From Escherichia phage HEMP5, in the sequence record OR424388.1: DNA of 64,000 bases; one strand, written 5' to 3'. A program made the translations under genes and the position numbers. The notes below the pieces were generated by a model. It had not been told where the DNA came from and did not search any database. It saw only the letters and a list, made by a program, of their open reading frames with translations. Each line of letters starts with the position of its first letter. Position 1 is the stretch's first letter. Positions 1 to 8,733 of this stretch are shown one piece after another.

Positions 1-140
1 TCGACAGAACCATCTGCGTACATCATAAATGAATGTACAACAACTTCTGTAGACCATGGTTGCAATTCATATTTCTTCATTACATGCCGTGAAATGATAA
101 TATCTAAATCTTCATTTGGTTTAATCCAACGATTTAACAT
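1..140 (-). CDS. hypothetical protein, N-terminal part only (gene runs off the window start)
   Basis: Minus-strand ATG at 138-140 with GGAG RBS, open to position 1; N-term MLNRWIKPNEDLDII...; sits just downstream of an early promoter (167-196). Confidence 0.5.
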   Translation of the reverse strand, partial: MLNRWIKPNEDLDIIISRHVMKKYELQPWSTEVVVHSFMMYADGSV

Positions 141-166
141 AGTGCTCTCCTCTATAAGATAATTCT

Positions 167-196
167 ATTATACCATACTCATTTTGGAAAGTAAAC
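167..196 (-). promoter_or_regulatory. T4-early-type promoter (-35 GTTTAC, 18-nt spacer, -10 TATAAT)
   Basis: Minus-strand GTTTAC (191-196) and TATAAT (167-172); drives the partial gene at 1-140; immediately follows the soc terminator hairpin (PeSL-like arrangement). Confidence 0.6.
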
Positions 197-205
197 CGGT
201 AGAAT

Positions 206-231
206 GAAAAAAGGACTCCCGAAGGAGTCCT
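206..231 (-). terminator. rho-independent terminator (GGACUCC-UUCG-GGAGUCC hairpin plus U-run) after soc
   Basis: Perfect 7-bp GC-rich stem with UUCG tetraloop on the minus-strand transcript, followed by a U6 tract. Confidence 0.6.
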
Positions 232-238
232 TGAATTA

Positions 239-475
239 TTAACCACCTATTTCTGTGGGCGTAAACATTGCAGCATTCTTAGTTTTCCAAGTTGCTGCAT
301 CGGAAACTACATCAGAATAAGCTGCTTTTTCTGACGGAAAGATTTGATAATGAGAATCTGCAATACGATGCTCGTTAGAATAGATTTCAAACGGAACAGA
401 AACTTCCATACCTTTAACTTCTTTGCCTTCACCTGCTGGATGAGTAAAGGTCTTGATGTTAACGAAACCACCCAT
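239..475 (-). CDS. soc: small outer capsid protein Soc
   Basis: 78 aa; conserved VNIKTF and HYQxFPSEKAAYS motifs of Soc; AAGGAG RBS; resembles RB69-type Soc more than T4 Soc (recall). Confidence 0.85.
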   Translation of the reverse strand: MGGFVNIKTFTHPAGEGKEVKGMEVSVPFEIYSNEHRIADSHYQIFPSEKAAYSDVVSDAATWKTKNAAMFTPTEIGG

Positions 476-506
476 AATAAACTCCTTTATTGTTTAATTA
501 CAGGTG

Positions 507-514
507 TATTTATA
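507..514 (-). promoter_or_regulatory. T4 late promoter TATAAATA for soc
   Basis: Exact TATAAATA on the minus strand about 32 nt upstream of the soc ATG. Confidence 0.6.
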
Positions 515-516
515 AC

Positions 517-657
517 TTACAATTTAGCGGCTTTCCAGAGTTGTTCAATAATCTCTTGGTCTATTTCTTTAGTTATTTCATTACGTAATAAAGCAGTAAG
601 GGCTTTCGCCCTTTTCTTATTCAACTTTTTGAGTTGACGTTTATTTAAACGAGCCAT
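517..657 (-). CDS. small basic hypothetical protein (46 aa)
   Basis: ATG overlaps the gene 56 stop (TAATG coupling); MARLNKRQLKKLNKKRAKALTALLRNEITKEIDQEIIEQLWKAAKL; occupies the position where T4 has segF. Confidence 0.4.
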   Translation of the reverse strand: MARLNKRQLKKLNKKRAKALTALLRNEITKEIDQEIIEQLWKAAKL

Positions 658-1175
658 TAATAACCTCGGTCTTGACGTGCGAAATTTTCAGCATTTTTCA
701 GGTAATAAAGTTTAAAGATTTCTTCTGCTGTAAGACCAAGACCTTGGAACATGTTCAGAACGAAATGGAGAATATCAATCATTTCAAACTTAATTTCCAG
801 TTGGTCTTGTGGAGACAAATCAGTAATCAGAGTTTCACGACGTTCACCATGCTGCGACTTCCAAGGTTTCCATACAGCAGATGCGTCTTTTTCACCATTA
901 CTCATACCACCAAGAGAAGTTAGAAGTTCACGGAATTCATCGTCAATATAATCTTTCTGATTACGCAACCAATCAACAACTTCACCGGCAGTAGCCAAAT
1001 CATCAGGATGACGATTATATTCAGGTTTATCTTTAGCTAAACGAATCTGCAGAGATTTCTGCATGTCAAGCATTACCTGCAACGGGTCTTTTTCATCACC
1101 GAGAATATCCCAGTATTCATTTTGAGCTTTATCAGCGCCTTCAATCAGTTGTGAACATTCATTAAAGTATGCCAT
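657..1175 (-). CDS. 56: dCTPase/dCTP pyrophosphatase gp56 (MazG-like)
   Basis: 172 aa from internal ATG (MAYFNECSQLIEGADKAQNEYWDILGDEKDPLQV...); the six-frame ORF is extended upstream through the promoter region. Confidence 0.9.
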   Translation of the reverse strand: MAYFNECSQLIEGADKAQNEYWDILGDEKDPLQVMLDMQKSLQIRLAKDKPEYNRHPDDLATAGEVVDWLRNQKDYIDDEFRELLTSLGGMSNGEKDASAVWKPWKSQHGERRETLITDLSPQDQLEIKFEMIDILHFVLNMFQGLGLTAEEIFKLYYLKNAENFARQDRGY

Positions 1176-1209
1176 TATTTTTCCTTTCAATTCATGGGTT
1201 AGTAGATTA

Positions 1210-1234
1210 ATTATACAATAAATATATAAAGCAA
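1210..1234 (-). promoter_or_regulatory. MotA-dependent middle promoter for gene 56 (MotA box TGCTTTA, 12-nt spacer, -10 TATAAT)
   Basis: Minus strand reads ..TTGCTTTATATATTTATTGTATAAT.. about 35 nt upstream of the gene 56 ATG. Confidence 0.5.
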
Positions 1235-1246
1235 TAAGGAGGACAT

Positions 1247-1447
1247 ATGGTACAAAAATTAATGGCACTTGTTAATGCCATCAAAGGTAATAAAAAGCGT
1301 ATAGCTTTTACTATTTCTGCTATGGTAGGAATTTTACTCTGGAACTTTATTTTATCACCTGTTGCAATTGCACATGGTATTAATATTCCAGTAGTTACTC
1401 TTGATACATTCGTAGATTTAGCATTCGCTTTAGTTGGGTTAATTTAA
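1247..1447 (+). CDS. possible small membrane protein on the opposite strand (66 aa)
   Basis: Plus-strand ORF with strong AAGGAGG RBS 4 nt before ATG; two hydrophobic segments; lies in the 56-61 intergenic region, convergent with primase; no clear promoter. Confidence 0.3.
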   Translation: MVQKLMALVNAIKGNKKRIAFTISAMVGILLWNFILSPVAIAHGINIPVVTLDTFVDLAFALVGLI

Positions 1448-2472
1448 ATCTTAGCATATTTAGATAACCGCATTTTAGCCATCAACCCCTGAGCAATATT
1501 ATTTTTCATATATTCCATAATTTGTTCAGTGGTTGCACCTTCCTTTCTAATCATATCATTAACATCTTTTGATTTCCAGGGAGATTTATCCCAAAACATA
1601 ACCCTTTCTCCTGCATCAACTAATTTAGTCATTCGCTTAATAGTGTCAGGATGACGAGGTTCATTATCTAAAACCCACACACGTCTATCTTTAAATGGAA
1701 CAACTTCTAGGTCTAATTGACCACCTGTAATAGCTATACCATTTTCAATAAAAAGCGAATCTATAGGTCCTTCTAGAACATATACATCACCATCTTTGAC
1801 TCGTTCGACTCCATAGATTTTTGTTGCCTCAGGATAAGCTTTGATGGTGATATATTTTTGAGGAGCATCTTTCTTTAATGCACGTCCTTGAAAAGACTCA
1901 GCTTTTCCGTTAGCATTATAAATTGGAATAACAAGACGAGGCTCAGGTGTTTCCTTTTTATATGTTCCTGGAGCTATACTATTAACTAATTTAGGCCATT
2001 CAGTTGTAAACCAAAGATATTTCCATTTATCCTTTGGAATACAACGAGCTTTTACATATTTTATAATTGGATGGTCTTCCGCCAATTTATCTAATCTGAT
2101 GCATGACGGAAGAGATTTAATTATTTTCTTCTCAGGTTGTTTAGGAAGTTCTTTAGGTTTTTCTACTGGACGACTTTTACCTTTTTCTTTTCTTATTTCA
2201 AAGATATACTCACGATATAAATCAGGTTCAAACTCCTTTAAATATATTCCGATTGGTGCATGATAGTTACAGTTATAACAATGAATATTTCCTTCATTAT
2301 TATCGCCATAATACCATCCACGGGCTTTATTTTGATCGGTTTTTGAATCTCCACAAACGGGACATCTAAACCGTAATTTAAAAGTTGAACTATTATTTAC
2401 TTGTGCGAATTTAGGTAAATGAGCCAATGCACGGTATGCAAACTCATTATCAATCCAAGGTATTGATGACAT
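1444..2472 (-). CDS. 61: DNA primase gp61
   Basis: 342 aa; zinc-ribbon CPVCGDSK...CYNC plus TOPRIM-type core; same length as T4 gp61. Confidence 0.95.
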   Translation of the reverse strand: MSSIPWIDNEFAYRALAHLPKFAQVNNSSTFKLRFRCPVCGDSKTDQNKARGWYYGDNNEGNIHCYNCNYHAPIGIYLKEFEPDLYREYIFEIRKEKGKSRPVEKPKELPKQPEKKIIKSLPSCIRLDKLAEDHPIIKYVKARCIPKDKWKYLWFTTEWPKLVNSIAPGTYKKETPEPRLVIPIYNANGKAESFQGRALKKDAPQKYITIKAYPEATKIYGVERVKDGDVYVLEGPIDSLFIENGIAITGGQLDLEVVPFKDRRVWVLDNEPRHPDTIKRMTKLVDAGERVMFWDKSPWKSKDVNDMIRKEGATTEQIMEYMKNNIAQGLMAKMRLSKYAKI

Positions 2473-2474
2473 TT

Positions 2475-2639
2475 TTACTCTTCTTTTTCTTTAGATTCCT
2501 CTTTTTTCTTTTTAGGAATCTGTTCAGGACCTTTATTTACTACAGCACCTGACGTTGTTCCAGTGGAGATATTTTCAGGATTACCACCTGAATCTCCAGC
2601 TACCATATCTTCTTTAATAAATTCTTTATATGTTTTCAT
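2475..2639 (-). CDS. small protein with internal-protein-type capsid targeting sequence (54 aa; T4 61.1 position)
   Basis: MKTYKEFIKEDMVAGDSGGNPENISTGTTSGAVVNKGPEQIPKKKKEESKEKEE; N-terminus matches the MKT(Y/F)xEFIxE CTS of IPI/IPII/IPIII; stop 5 nt before the primase start. Confidence 0.5.
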   Translation of the reverse strand: MKTYKEFIKEDMVAGDSGGNPENISTGTTSGAVVNKGPEQIPKKKKEESKEKEE

Positions 2640-2640
2640 A

Positions 2641-3267
2641 TTAACCTCTATTCATAAAAGCATTAAAAATTTGGTCATCAATAGAAACATCTACTTTAGA
2701 CTGTTTTTCTGATGGTAATTCATATCCACATATTACAATTTTGTGATCAATATCAAAATACACAGAAGCAATATGATTAATGATGTTTTCAGTAAAGTCT
2801 AAATCAACATCAATATCTTTTTGACCACAGCCCAAAGGATAAATAATGCGAGTAATTCGATTATCTTTAACAAAGATTCCACCGACATACTCTGTGCTGC
2901 GTTTAAAGTCTACACGCCAACGAAATGAAAAATATTCAGGCTCTTTATGAGCTCTGCTCATAGGACACAACGAGTAACTAGAATAAGAGATGTCAAATCC
3001 TACGCCTTCAATATGAGCCAAAGTATCATGATTAAACCAATTATAATCGTACGCCAAATCCATTAGATTATAATATGTAAAAGGCACCGGATTAACGTCA
3101 TTAATCACAAGCATGTAATTAGCAACTGCTATAATTTCATTGTTTTTAACGAATACAAACCGTGATTGATGCGAATGACCTGGACCCGCGTTTTCACGAT
3201 TAATGATATAACACTGGGCACCTTTATATTTGTATGTATCTTTGCACTTGTGCATTTGATAGAGCAT
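2641..3267 (-). CDS. hypothetical protein at the T4 61.2 position (possible AdfA-like anti-DarT factor by synteny)
   Basis: 208 aa; TAATG overlap with sp; assignment to the AdfA family rests on position and recall only, no motif confirmed. Confidence 0.7.
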   Translation of the reverse strand: MLYQMHKCKDTYKYKGAQCYIINRENAGPGHSHQSRFVFVKNNEIIAVANYMLVINDVNPVPFTYYNLMDLAYDYNWFNHDTLAHIEGVGFDISYSSYSLCPMSRAHKEPEYFSFRWRVDFKRSTEYVGGIFVKDNRITRIIYPLGCGQKDIDVDLDFTENIINHIASVYFDIDHKIVICGYELPSEKQSKVDVSIDDQIFNAFMNRG

Positions 3268-3560
3268 TATTCACCTACCACTTCAGCGATGATATTTTTA
3301 TTATTAAAGTTTTTATCGCAATACAGAACATAATTATACTGCATTACACCACCAGACTTAAGCTGTTTTTGCACTTCAGCTTTCATTTCGGGGCGATCGC
3401 GCTCAACGATATTCATAATATCTGCTTCAATTTGAGTTTCAACCTCAGTCTGATCCGCAGTCATAGACCATTCGCACAAATCTTTATCATAGCCTGCCAT
3501 GGCAGGTTGAGCAGCGCAAGAAGCTAAAGCAAAAATTGCAGCAAAGATAAATTTTTTCAT
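3267..3560 (-). CDS. sp: Spackle periplasmic protein (inhibitor of gp5 tail lysozyme; superinfection exclusion)
   Basis: 97 aa; signal peptide with lipobox-like LASC; GAGG RBS; matches recalled T4 Sp length and sequence. Confidence 0.85.
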   Translation of the reverse strand: MKKFIFAAIFALASCAAQPAMAGYDKDLCEWSMTADQTEVETQIEADIMNIVERDRPEMKAEVQKQLKSGGVMQYNYVLYCDKNFNNKNIIAEVVGE

Positions 3561-3620
3561 GATAATCTCCTCGGTAGTTTATGTTTATATAATATCTCAA
3601 TTTCCAACAAAAGTAAATAG

Positions 3621-3878
3621 TTATTTTAAAACTTCTGCGTAATCACATGTTACAAACTGTTTCTCTAGCTTGACGATTTTACGAAAGTATCTTTTGCATT
3701 GGCGAATCTGCCTCTTCGTAGGACGTACAGCAAACTTAATAAATTCCACTCGACCAAATGGAGGACTTTCTTCTGCTGGAATATCTAACACCAATTCCCA
3801 CGTATCTGCAACAAGTGCTTTGAATTGCGTATTTTTCCTGACATTATACGGAGTAGGTTTAAATAAAACAATATGCAT
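3621..3878 (-). CDS. hypothetical protein (T4 61.4 position)
   Basis: 85 aa; ATG with GAGGA RBS. Confidence 0.7.
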   Translation of the reverse strand: MHIVLFKPTPYNVRKNTQFKALVADTWELVLDIPAEESPPFGRVEFIKFAVRPTKRQIRQCKRYFRKIVKLEKQFVTCDYAEVLK

Positions 3879-3879
3879 A

Positions 3880-4062
3880 TTATCCTCGGCAATCTACTTC
3901 ACATACTTTCTTGTCATCAATGAAAGCTTTAACTAATGCTTTATTAACTTCAGCATACTGAGTAGTAACCCATTGAACATCATCTTTCATCATTGTGGTT
4001 TCTTTAGTAAACATGCTTTCATTCTTAAACCACCCCATAAAAACTACCTTTACCAATTCCAT
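3880..4062 (-). CDS. dmd: Dmd antitoxin (inhibitor of host RnlA/LsoA toxins; T4 61.5)
   Basis: 60 aa MELVKVVFMGWFKNESMFTKE...; GGAG RBS; matches recalled T4 Dmd. Confidence 0.85.
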   Translation of the reverse strand: MELVKVVFMGWFKNESMFTKETTMMKDDVQWVTTQYAEVNKALVKAFIDDKKVCEVDCRG

Positions 4063-4120
4063 AACAATCTCCTCATTTAACCAACAAGACTACTATACCA
4101 TAGTCTTGTCAGCTTGTAAA

Positions 4121-5548
4121 CTAAAATTTTAATTCATTCGCCAAAGCATCTAACTGAGCTCGAGTGGATTCATTTCTTTGATAGCGATTCTGTTCAGCCT
4201 GAATCTGTTGTGAACCTGCTACTTCACTCACTTCGGTTGGAGTAGAATCTTGTTCAATTTCTACCCATTTTTGATTTCCTTTTTGAACACCCATCAAAAA
4301 CTTATTCCACTTATTCTTATCACCATATCGTGATTTGATTTGCTTAATAAGTTGTTGTTCAGCAGCTGCCAACTCCTCGGTTTCAATGACCGCAAGCATA
4401 AAATCAGCTGTCGCTGGAAGACCAGCAGATTCTGCGATATCACTCATGTTAACATCGGAAGAGTCCCAAGCTTGTTTACCGACCTGTGCTGCAGTCCAAA
4501 GAACAGTTTCGGTTTCAACAGCAAGAGCACGCAATTCCTCTGCAATAGCTTTAACAGTTGTGTAACTATTTTCTGAATAAACTCTAATGCGGCAAGATTT
4601 ACAAATACCTAGATAGTCGACAATAATGATTGTTGGAACAAAATTCTTCTTGAGCTTCAATTCATTCAAGAGAGACCTGAATGTGTTAGCATCTGCCCCA
4701 CCAGTGGGATACTGTTTAACGATTAAACGACCAAGAGTAGATTTCTCACGCCATTTTTCCATTTTTCCTTTATACTCAGCGTAAGAAATATGCCCATCAT
4801 CAATGTCATCAAGAGAAACATCAAGCATATTAGCATCAATACGCTTAGCACAGACTTCTTCTGCCATTTCCATGGAAATGTAAAGAACATTATGTCCGAG
4901 CTGCAAATAATCTGCTGCCAATGAACAAAGTCCTAATGATTTACCAACGTTAACGCCAGCCATTAAAACGTTCAGTGTCCCAGTCTCAGCTCCGCCTTTA
5001 GTAATTTTGTTTAGAATTCTGAGTTTAAATGGAACCTTACGAGCTTTATTCATATAAGATAGCCAACGTGCTTCGTAGTCATCCATCCAATCATGACCAA
5101 CGTAACTATCAAATGAAATTGATAATGCTTGGCGCATGATGTCAGGAATAGCACCAACGTCCGGCATTTTCTTATTTCGTTTTTCCGGAGGAAGCTCAGC
5201 ATTAGTTTGAATTTCGATTATTTTAGACGTAGCATTAAACATCGCCCTTTGCTGAACATATTTTTCTGTTTCTTTTACTAACCAGCTGTGGTCTTCCGGA
5301 GAATCAGCTAGTTTTGAAATAAGTGTTTTTACACCAGAATATTCTGTTTCAGTAAATGAACTATTTTCTAATGCAACATTTAACGCATTAATAGATGGAA
5401 CGCTATGGTACTCGTTAACATGAGATTTAATTAATTTGAACGTATTTTTAGCTGGACCACTTTCAAAATATTCTGAATCCATATATGGCCAAACTTTTGA
5501 AAAATAAGCTTGATCAAATATGAGATGAGAAAGAATAATTTCTACCAC
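4121..5548 (-). CDS. 41: replicative DNA helicase gp41 (DnaB-like)
   Basis: 475 aa; Walker A GVNVGKS; initiates at GTG 5 nt after AAGGAG; start overlaps the gene 40 stop. Confidence 0.95.
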   Translation of the reverse strand: MVEIILSHLIFDQAYFSKVWPYMDSEYFESGPAKNTFKLIKSHVNEYHSVPSINALNVALENSSFTETEYSGVKTLISKLADSPEDHSWLVKETEKYVQQRAMFNATSKIIEIQTNAELPPEKRNKKMPDVGAIPDIMRQALSISFDSYVGHDWMDDYEARWLSYMNKARKVPFKLRILNKITKGGAETGTLNVLMAGVNVGKSLGLCSLAADYLQLGHNVLYISMEMAEEVCAKRIDANMLDVSLDDIDDGHISYAEYKGKMEKWREKSTLGRLIVKQYPTGGADANTFRSLLNELKLKKNFVPTIIIVDYLGICKSCRIRVYSENSYTTVKAIAEELRALAVETETVLWTAAQVGKQAWDSSDVNMSDIAESAGLPATADFMLAVIETEELAAAEQQLIKQIKSRYGDKNKWNKFLMGVQKGNQKWVEIEQDSTPTEVSEVAGSQQIQAEQNRYQRNESTRAQLDALANELKF

Positions 5549-5557
5549 ACTTACTCC

Positions 5558-5902
5558 TTAAAAGAATTTAAACTTTTTCTTTGACCTTTTATTAAATGCA
5601 TCTTGTAGTTGCATTGTAATACATTTTTCTACATGAGGAGCTAACTCAGCTTTTCTTTTTTGGTCAAGAACAGCAAAGTCCATTACGACTTTTCCATCAA
5701 CCCAATCTAATTTTGTCACATACACAATATGTGTAGAACCATCTTCTAGTTTAATGACAATCTCCTGGATAACATTTTCCATGGCAGATTTAATTATTTT
5801 AAGAGATTCATTAAAAAGACGTTCTTTTCTTTCTTCTTCCCCCTCCGAAGAGGGGGATTCATCGATAATTTCTAGATCTAAATCTAAATCATCTTTATTC
5901 AT
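5558..5902 (-). CDS. 40: gp40 head vertex assembly protein
   Basis: 114 aa from ATG overlapping the uvsX 3' end; the six-frame ORF begins at an upstream GTG. Confidence 0.8.
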   Translation of the reverse strand: MNKDDLDLDLEIIDESPSSEGEEERKERLFNESLKIIKSAMENVIQEIVIKLEDGSTHIVYVTKLDWVDGKVVMDFAVLDQKRKAELAPHVEKCITMQLQDAFNKRSKKKFKFF

Positions 5903-7076
5903 TAAATTCTTCCATATCACTTAACTGCTCGAGGTCAGTTTCTAAATCAGCAGCTGATTTACTTTTACTTTCTGGAGATTTAAATTTTTCAACCTTTGAG
6001 TTAATCAATTCATCAACTTCAGCTTCAACAATTTCATTACTATCAATAGCACCTAACTGATAAGCACGTTTAATAGCATCTCGGAATGGTTGATGCTTAA
6101 ATAAAGGACCCCAGAATGTAGTGCAGTTAGTATCTTTTGCACGCCAAGATTTTTCTTCGCGAATCATCTCGCCGGTTTCTTCGTCAAGAAATTCACGAGC
6201 ATACCAACCATTCTTAGGTTTTACTACAAATCCTAATTCTAGAGCCATATCTAACAATCCAGAATAAGGATCGATACCACCGTCAAATTTAACATCAATA
6301 AAGAATTTACTTTTTTCTTTAACGGTACGAGATTTTTCTACATTTAGAACAAATTGATACCCCTGAAGATCAGAACCATCTTTAATCTGACGTTTACCGA
6401 TAATGAATACAGTATCAGCCGAATACATTACGCCTGTACCACCTGTCATCACGGTTTTACTAAACATTTCAATTGTTTCAATTGTATGGTTAACCGCAAC
6501 ACACGGAATATTTTTAATGCTAAAATAAGGAGTAACGATACGGAATAATGACTTCAGTGATTTAGCACGAGTCATATCTGCAACAGATTTTTCATTCAAG
6601 GCATCTTCCGTTTCTTTCTTAGAAGCCATATTACCGATTGAGTCGATGAATACAATAACCTTTTCGCCACGCTCAATAGCTTCAAGCTGATTCACCATGT
6701 CAATTTTCAGCTGTTCAACTGACTGAATCGGCGTATGAATTACTCGTTCCGGGTCAACTCCCATGGATCGCAAATAAGCTGGAGTAATACCAAATTCGCT
6801 ATCATAGAATAGACAAACCGCGTCAGGATATTTGTTCAAATATGCCGCAACCATAGTCAAAGACATATTTGATTTAAAGTGTTTAGAAGGCCCTGCGAAA
6901 ATAGTTAAACCAGACTGCATACCGCCATCAATCGCACCAGAAATAGCAATATTCAGCATTGGAATTTTTGTACGGATTACATCCTTTTCATTAAAGAATT
7001 TAGATGTAGTCAGTTCAGCAGTCATTTTAGAAGTGGAAGCTTTAATCAAACGGGATTTTAAATCTGCAATAGACAT
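5895..7076 (-). CDS. uvsX: UvsX recombinase (RecA-like)
   Basis: 393 aa; Walker A GPSKHFKS; near-identical to recalled T4 UvsX. Confidence 0.95.
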   Translation of the reverse strand: MSIADLKSRLIKASTSKMTAELTTSKFFNEKDVIRTKIPMLNIAISGAIDGGMQSGLTIFAGPSKHFKSNMSLTMVAAYLNKYPDAVCLFYDSEFGITPAYLRSMGVDPERVIHTPIQSVEQLKIDMVNQLEAIERGEKVIVFIDSIGNMASKKETEDALNEKSVADMTRAKSLKSLFRIVTPYFSIKNIPCVAVNHTIETIEMFSKTVMTGGTGVMYSADTVFIIGKRQIKDGSDLQGYQFVLNVEKSRTVKEKSKFFIDVKFDGGIDPYSGLLDMALELGFVVKPKNGWYAREFLDEETGEMIREEKSWRAKDTNCTTFWGPLFKHQPFRDAIKRAYQLGAIDSNEIVEAEVDELINSKVEKFKSPESKSKSAADLETDLEQLSDMEEFNE

Positions 7077-7153
7077 TCATTTTTTCCATAGGCATCATTA
7101 TATTTTCCTCACTGGTTAAAGATAGAATAATTATAACACAATAAATTTAGGCA

Positions 7154-7996
7154 TTAATCAACTGCTATTGGATGAATAGCATTAAACTTATGAAATGCTT
7201 CTGATTTTTCTTTACGTGAAACGCACATGCGAAGAACCTTTAATGGCTCGTCTTCTTCACCCAACGATTTTCGTTTTTCAATATTAGAAGTTTTCCAACG
7301 AGCTTGCTCTGGAAACTCTCTATTGATTTGCTCAAGCGCTCTATTATGTTTAGAATTACTACGAATTGAACTGCACCCGCCAGGAGCTTGTGCTTTTCCA
7401 GATACAACCAGATATTTGAACAAGGCCAAATGCGGATAACCTTGATTAATTAAATTGAGAAATGCATACATATCTTCGCACAAATCAATTTTTCCATACC
7501 CAATTTGTTCTGTCGTAAGTTTTCCGAGGTCATACCATGTATTCGTGAATCCATATGAGTTTTCACGATAATTACCCCAAGATGAAGTAATTTTAAAAAT
7601 TGGTAGGCGAGCATGACCGTGATAATACCCGCAATCCATGGCATCTTCGACGTATTGAATCAATTCATAGAACTGTTCATGAGTCAATTGATTGACTTTA
7701 TCTACACAACGACGGTCATCTCTTTTTCGCATTGAACTCATACGAATAGTAGTATCATCGTCAATCATCCAGATTCGTTGACCTGCATACATATCAGTAA
7801 TTGCTTTACGAGTACCGGCAATTCCGTTTACATCATCAGGAATAGTTACAATTTTAGCTCTAGACCCATAGGCATCATAATAAGCTTTTTCTTCATGTTC
7901 ACGCACTACAATATGGGGTTCATAATCAGTCGGAAACATATCAAGGGCAGAAACTGCCCCGACACGCTGATAACTTGGAATTACGAATTGAATCAT
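7154..7996 (-). CDS. glycosyltransferase with DxD motif, T2/T6 beta-alpha-gt type rather than T4 beta-gt
   Basis: 280 aa from ATG overlapping the gene 42 stop (ATGA); IWMIDDDTTI DxD motif; no similarity to recalled T4 beta-gt although it sits at the beta-gt locus. Confidence 0.75.
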   Translation of the reverse strand: MIQFVIPSYQRVGAVSALDMFPTDYEPHIVVREHEEKAYYDAYGSRAKIVTIPDDVNGIAGTRKAITDMYAGQRIWMIDDDTTIRMSSMRKRDDRRCVDKVNQLTHEQFYELIQYVEDAMDCGYYHGHARLPIFKITSSWGNYRENSYGFTNTWYDLGKLTTEQIGYGKIDLCEDMYAFLNLINQGYPHLALFKYLVVSGKAQAPGGCSSIRSNSKHNRALEQINREFPEQARWKTSNIEKRKSLGEEDEPLKVLRMCVSRKEKSEAFHKFNAIHPIAVD

Positions 7997-8733
7997 TTCC
8001 ACTCACCTTTATAGTCTTTTTTCACAATATGAGTTTCGCCAGTATTCCACCAATGATCAACCAAGTAAAAATGACGAGAATATACATGAAGACTTCCGAC
8101 ATTCCATATAATAGAACCTGCTTTATACTGACGAGTTGAATCGCCGGCATTCAAATCAGATACTAATTTATCTAATACGTATTTTTGCCATGCATAATCA
8201 TTGCGGAATCCGAAGACCACGTCATTTGAGCGCATGCTTACTACTGCATTTACTTTCTTATCACGAATCAGGTACTGTACTGTATTAGTACACATGAAAT
8301 CTGACATACCATCTTTATTGTAGTCAAATTGCATGGATGGACGAGTATAAATCATGATACCACGCCGAGAATCAGGATTTTGACCAAGTTCAGCTAAACA
8401 CATATCATACTGGGCATAGTTATCTTCTGACCAAATAGCCCAACCATAATTCGAGTTAATTTCGCCTTTAGAAGATGCTACCTGCTGCCAAATCTTTGGT
8501 GTTTCACCTGGAATATCTTTAACAAACAAGCTCTTAGATTTATACCATTCAAGTTCGCGCTGAATGTATTCATCATTAAGAGCGCCAAAAATAAACGGTT
8601 CATCTGCTACAAATGATGCGCCAATAATTTCAATAGTTTTAACACCGGTTTTATCAACTACGAAATCTTTTTCTTTTAATGCAAGCCCCAAATGAAGACG
8701 GATTTCTTCAACTGTCATAGAGTCACTAATCAT
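7993..8733 (-). CDS. 42: dCMP hydroxymethylase gp42
   Basis: 246 aa; thymidylate-synthase-like fold; matches recalled T4 gp42. Confidence 0.95.
   Translation of the reverse strand: MISDSMTVEEIRLHLGLALKEKDFVVDKTGVKTIEIIGASFVADEPFIFGALNDEYIQRELEWYKSKSLFVKDIPGETPKIWQQVASSKGEINSNYGWAIWSEDNYAQYDMCLAELGQNPDSRRGIMIYTRPSMQFDYNKDGMSDFMCTNTVQYLIRDKKVNAVVSMRSNDVVFGFRNDYAWQKYVLDKLVSDLNAGDSTRQYKAGSIIWNVGSLHVYSRHFYLVDHWWNTGETHIVKKDYKGEWK

Noticed and set aside
344-637. Plus-strand six-frame ORFs in the 0-58 kb region (e.g. 344-637, 672-923, 4335-4576, 6354-6548, 14687-15103, 29501-29830)
   Set aside because: They lie antisense to strongly supported minus-strand genes, lack RBSs, and have low-complexity translations; they are by-products of AT-rich coding sequence.
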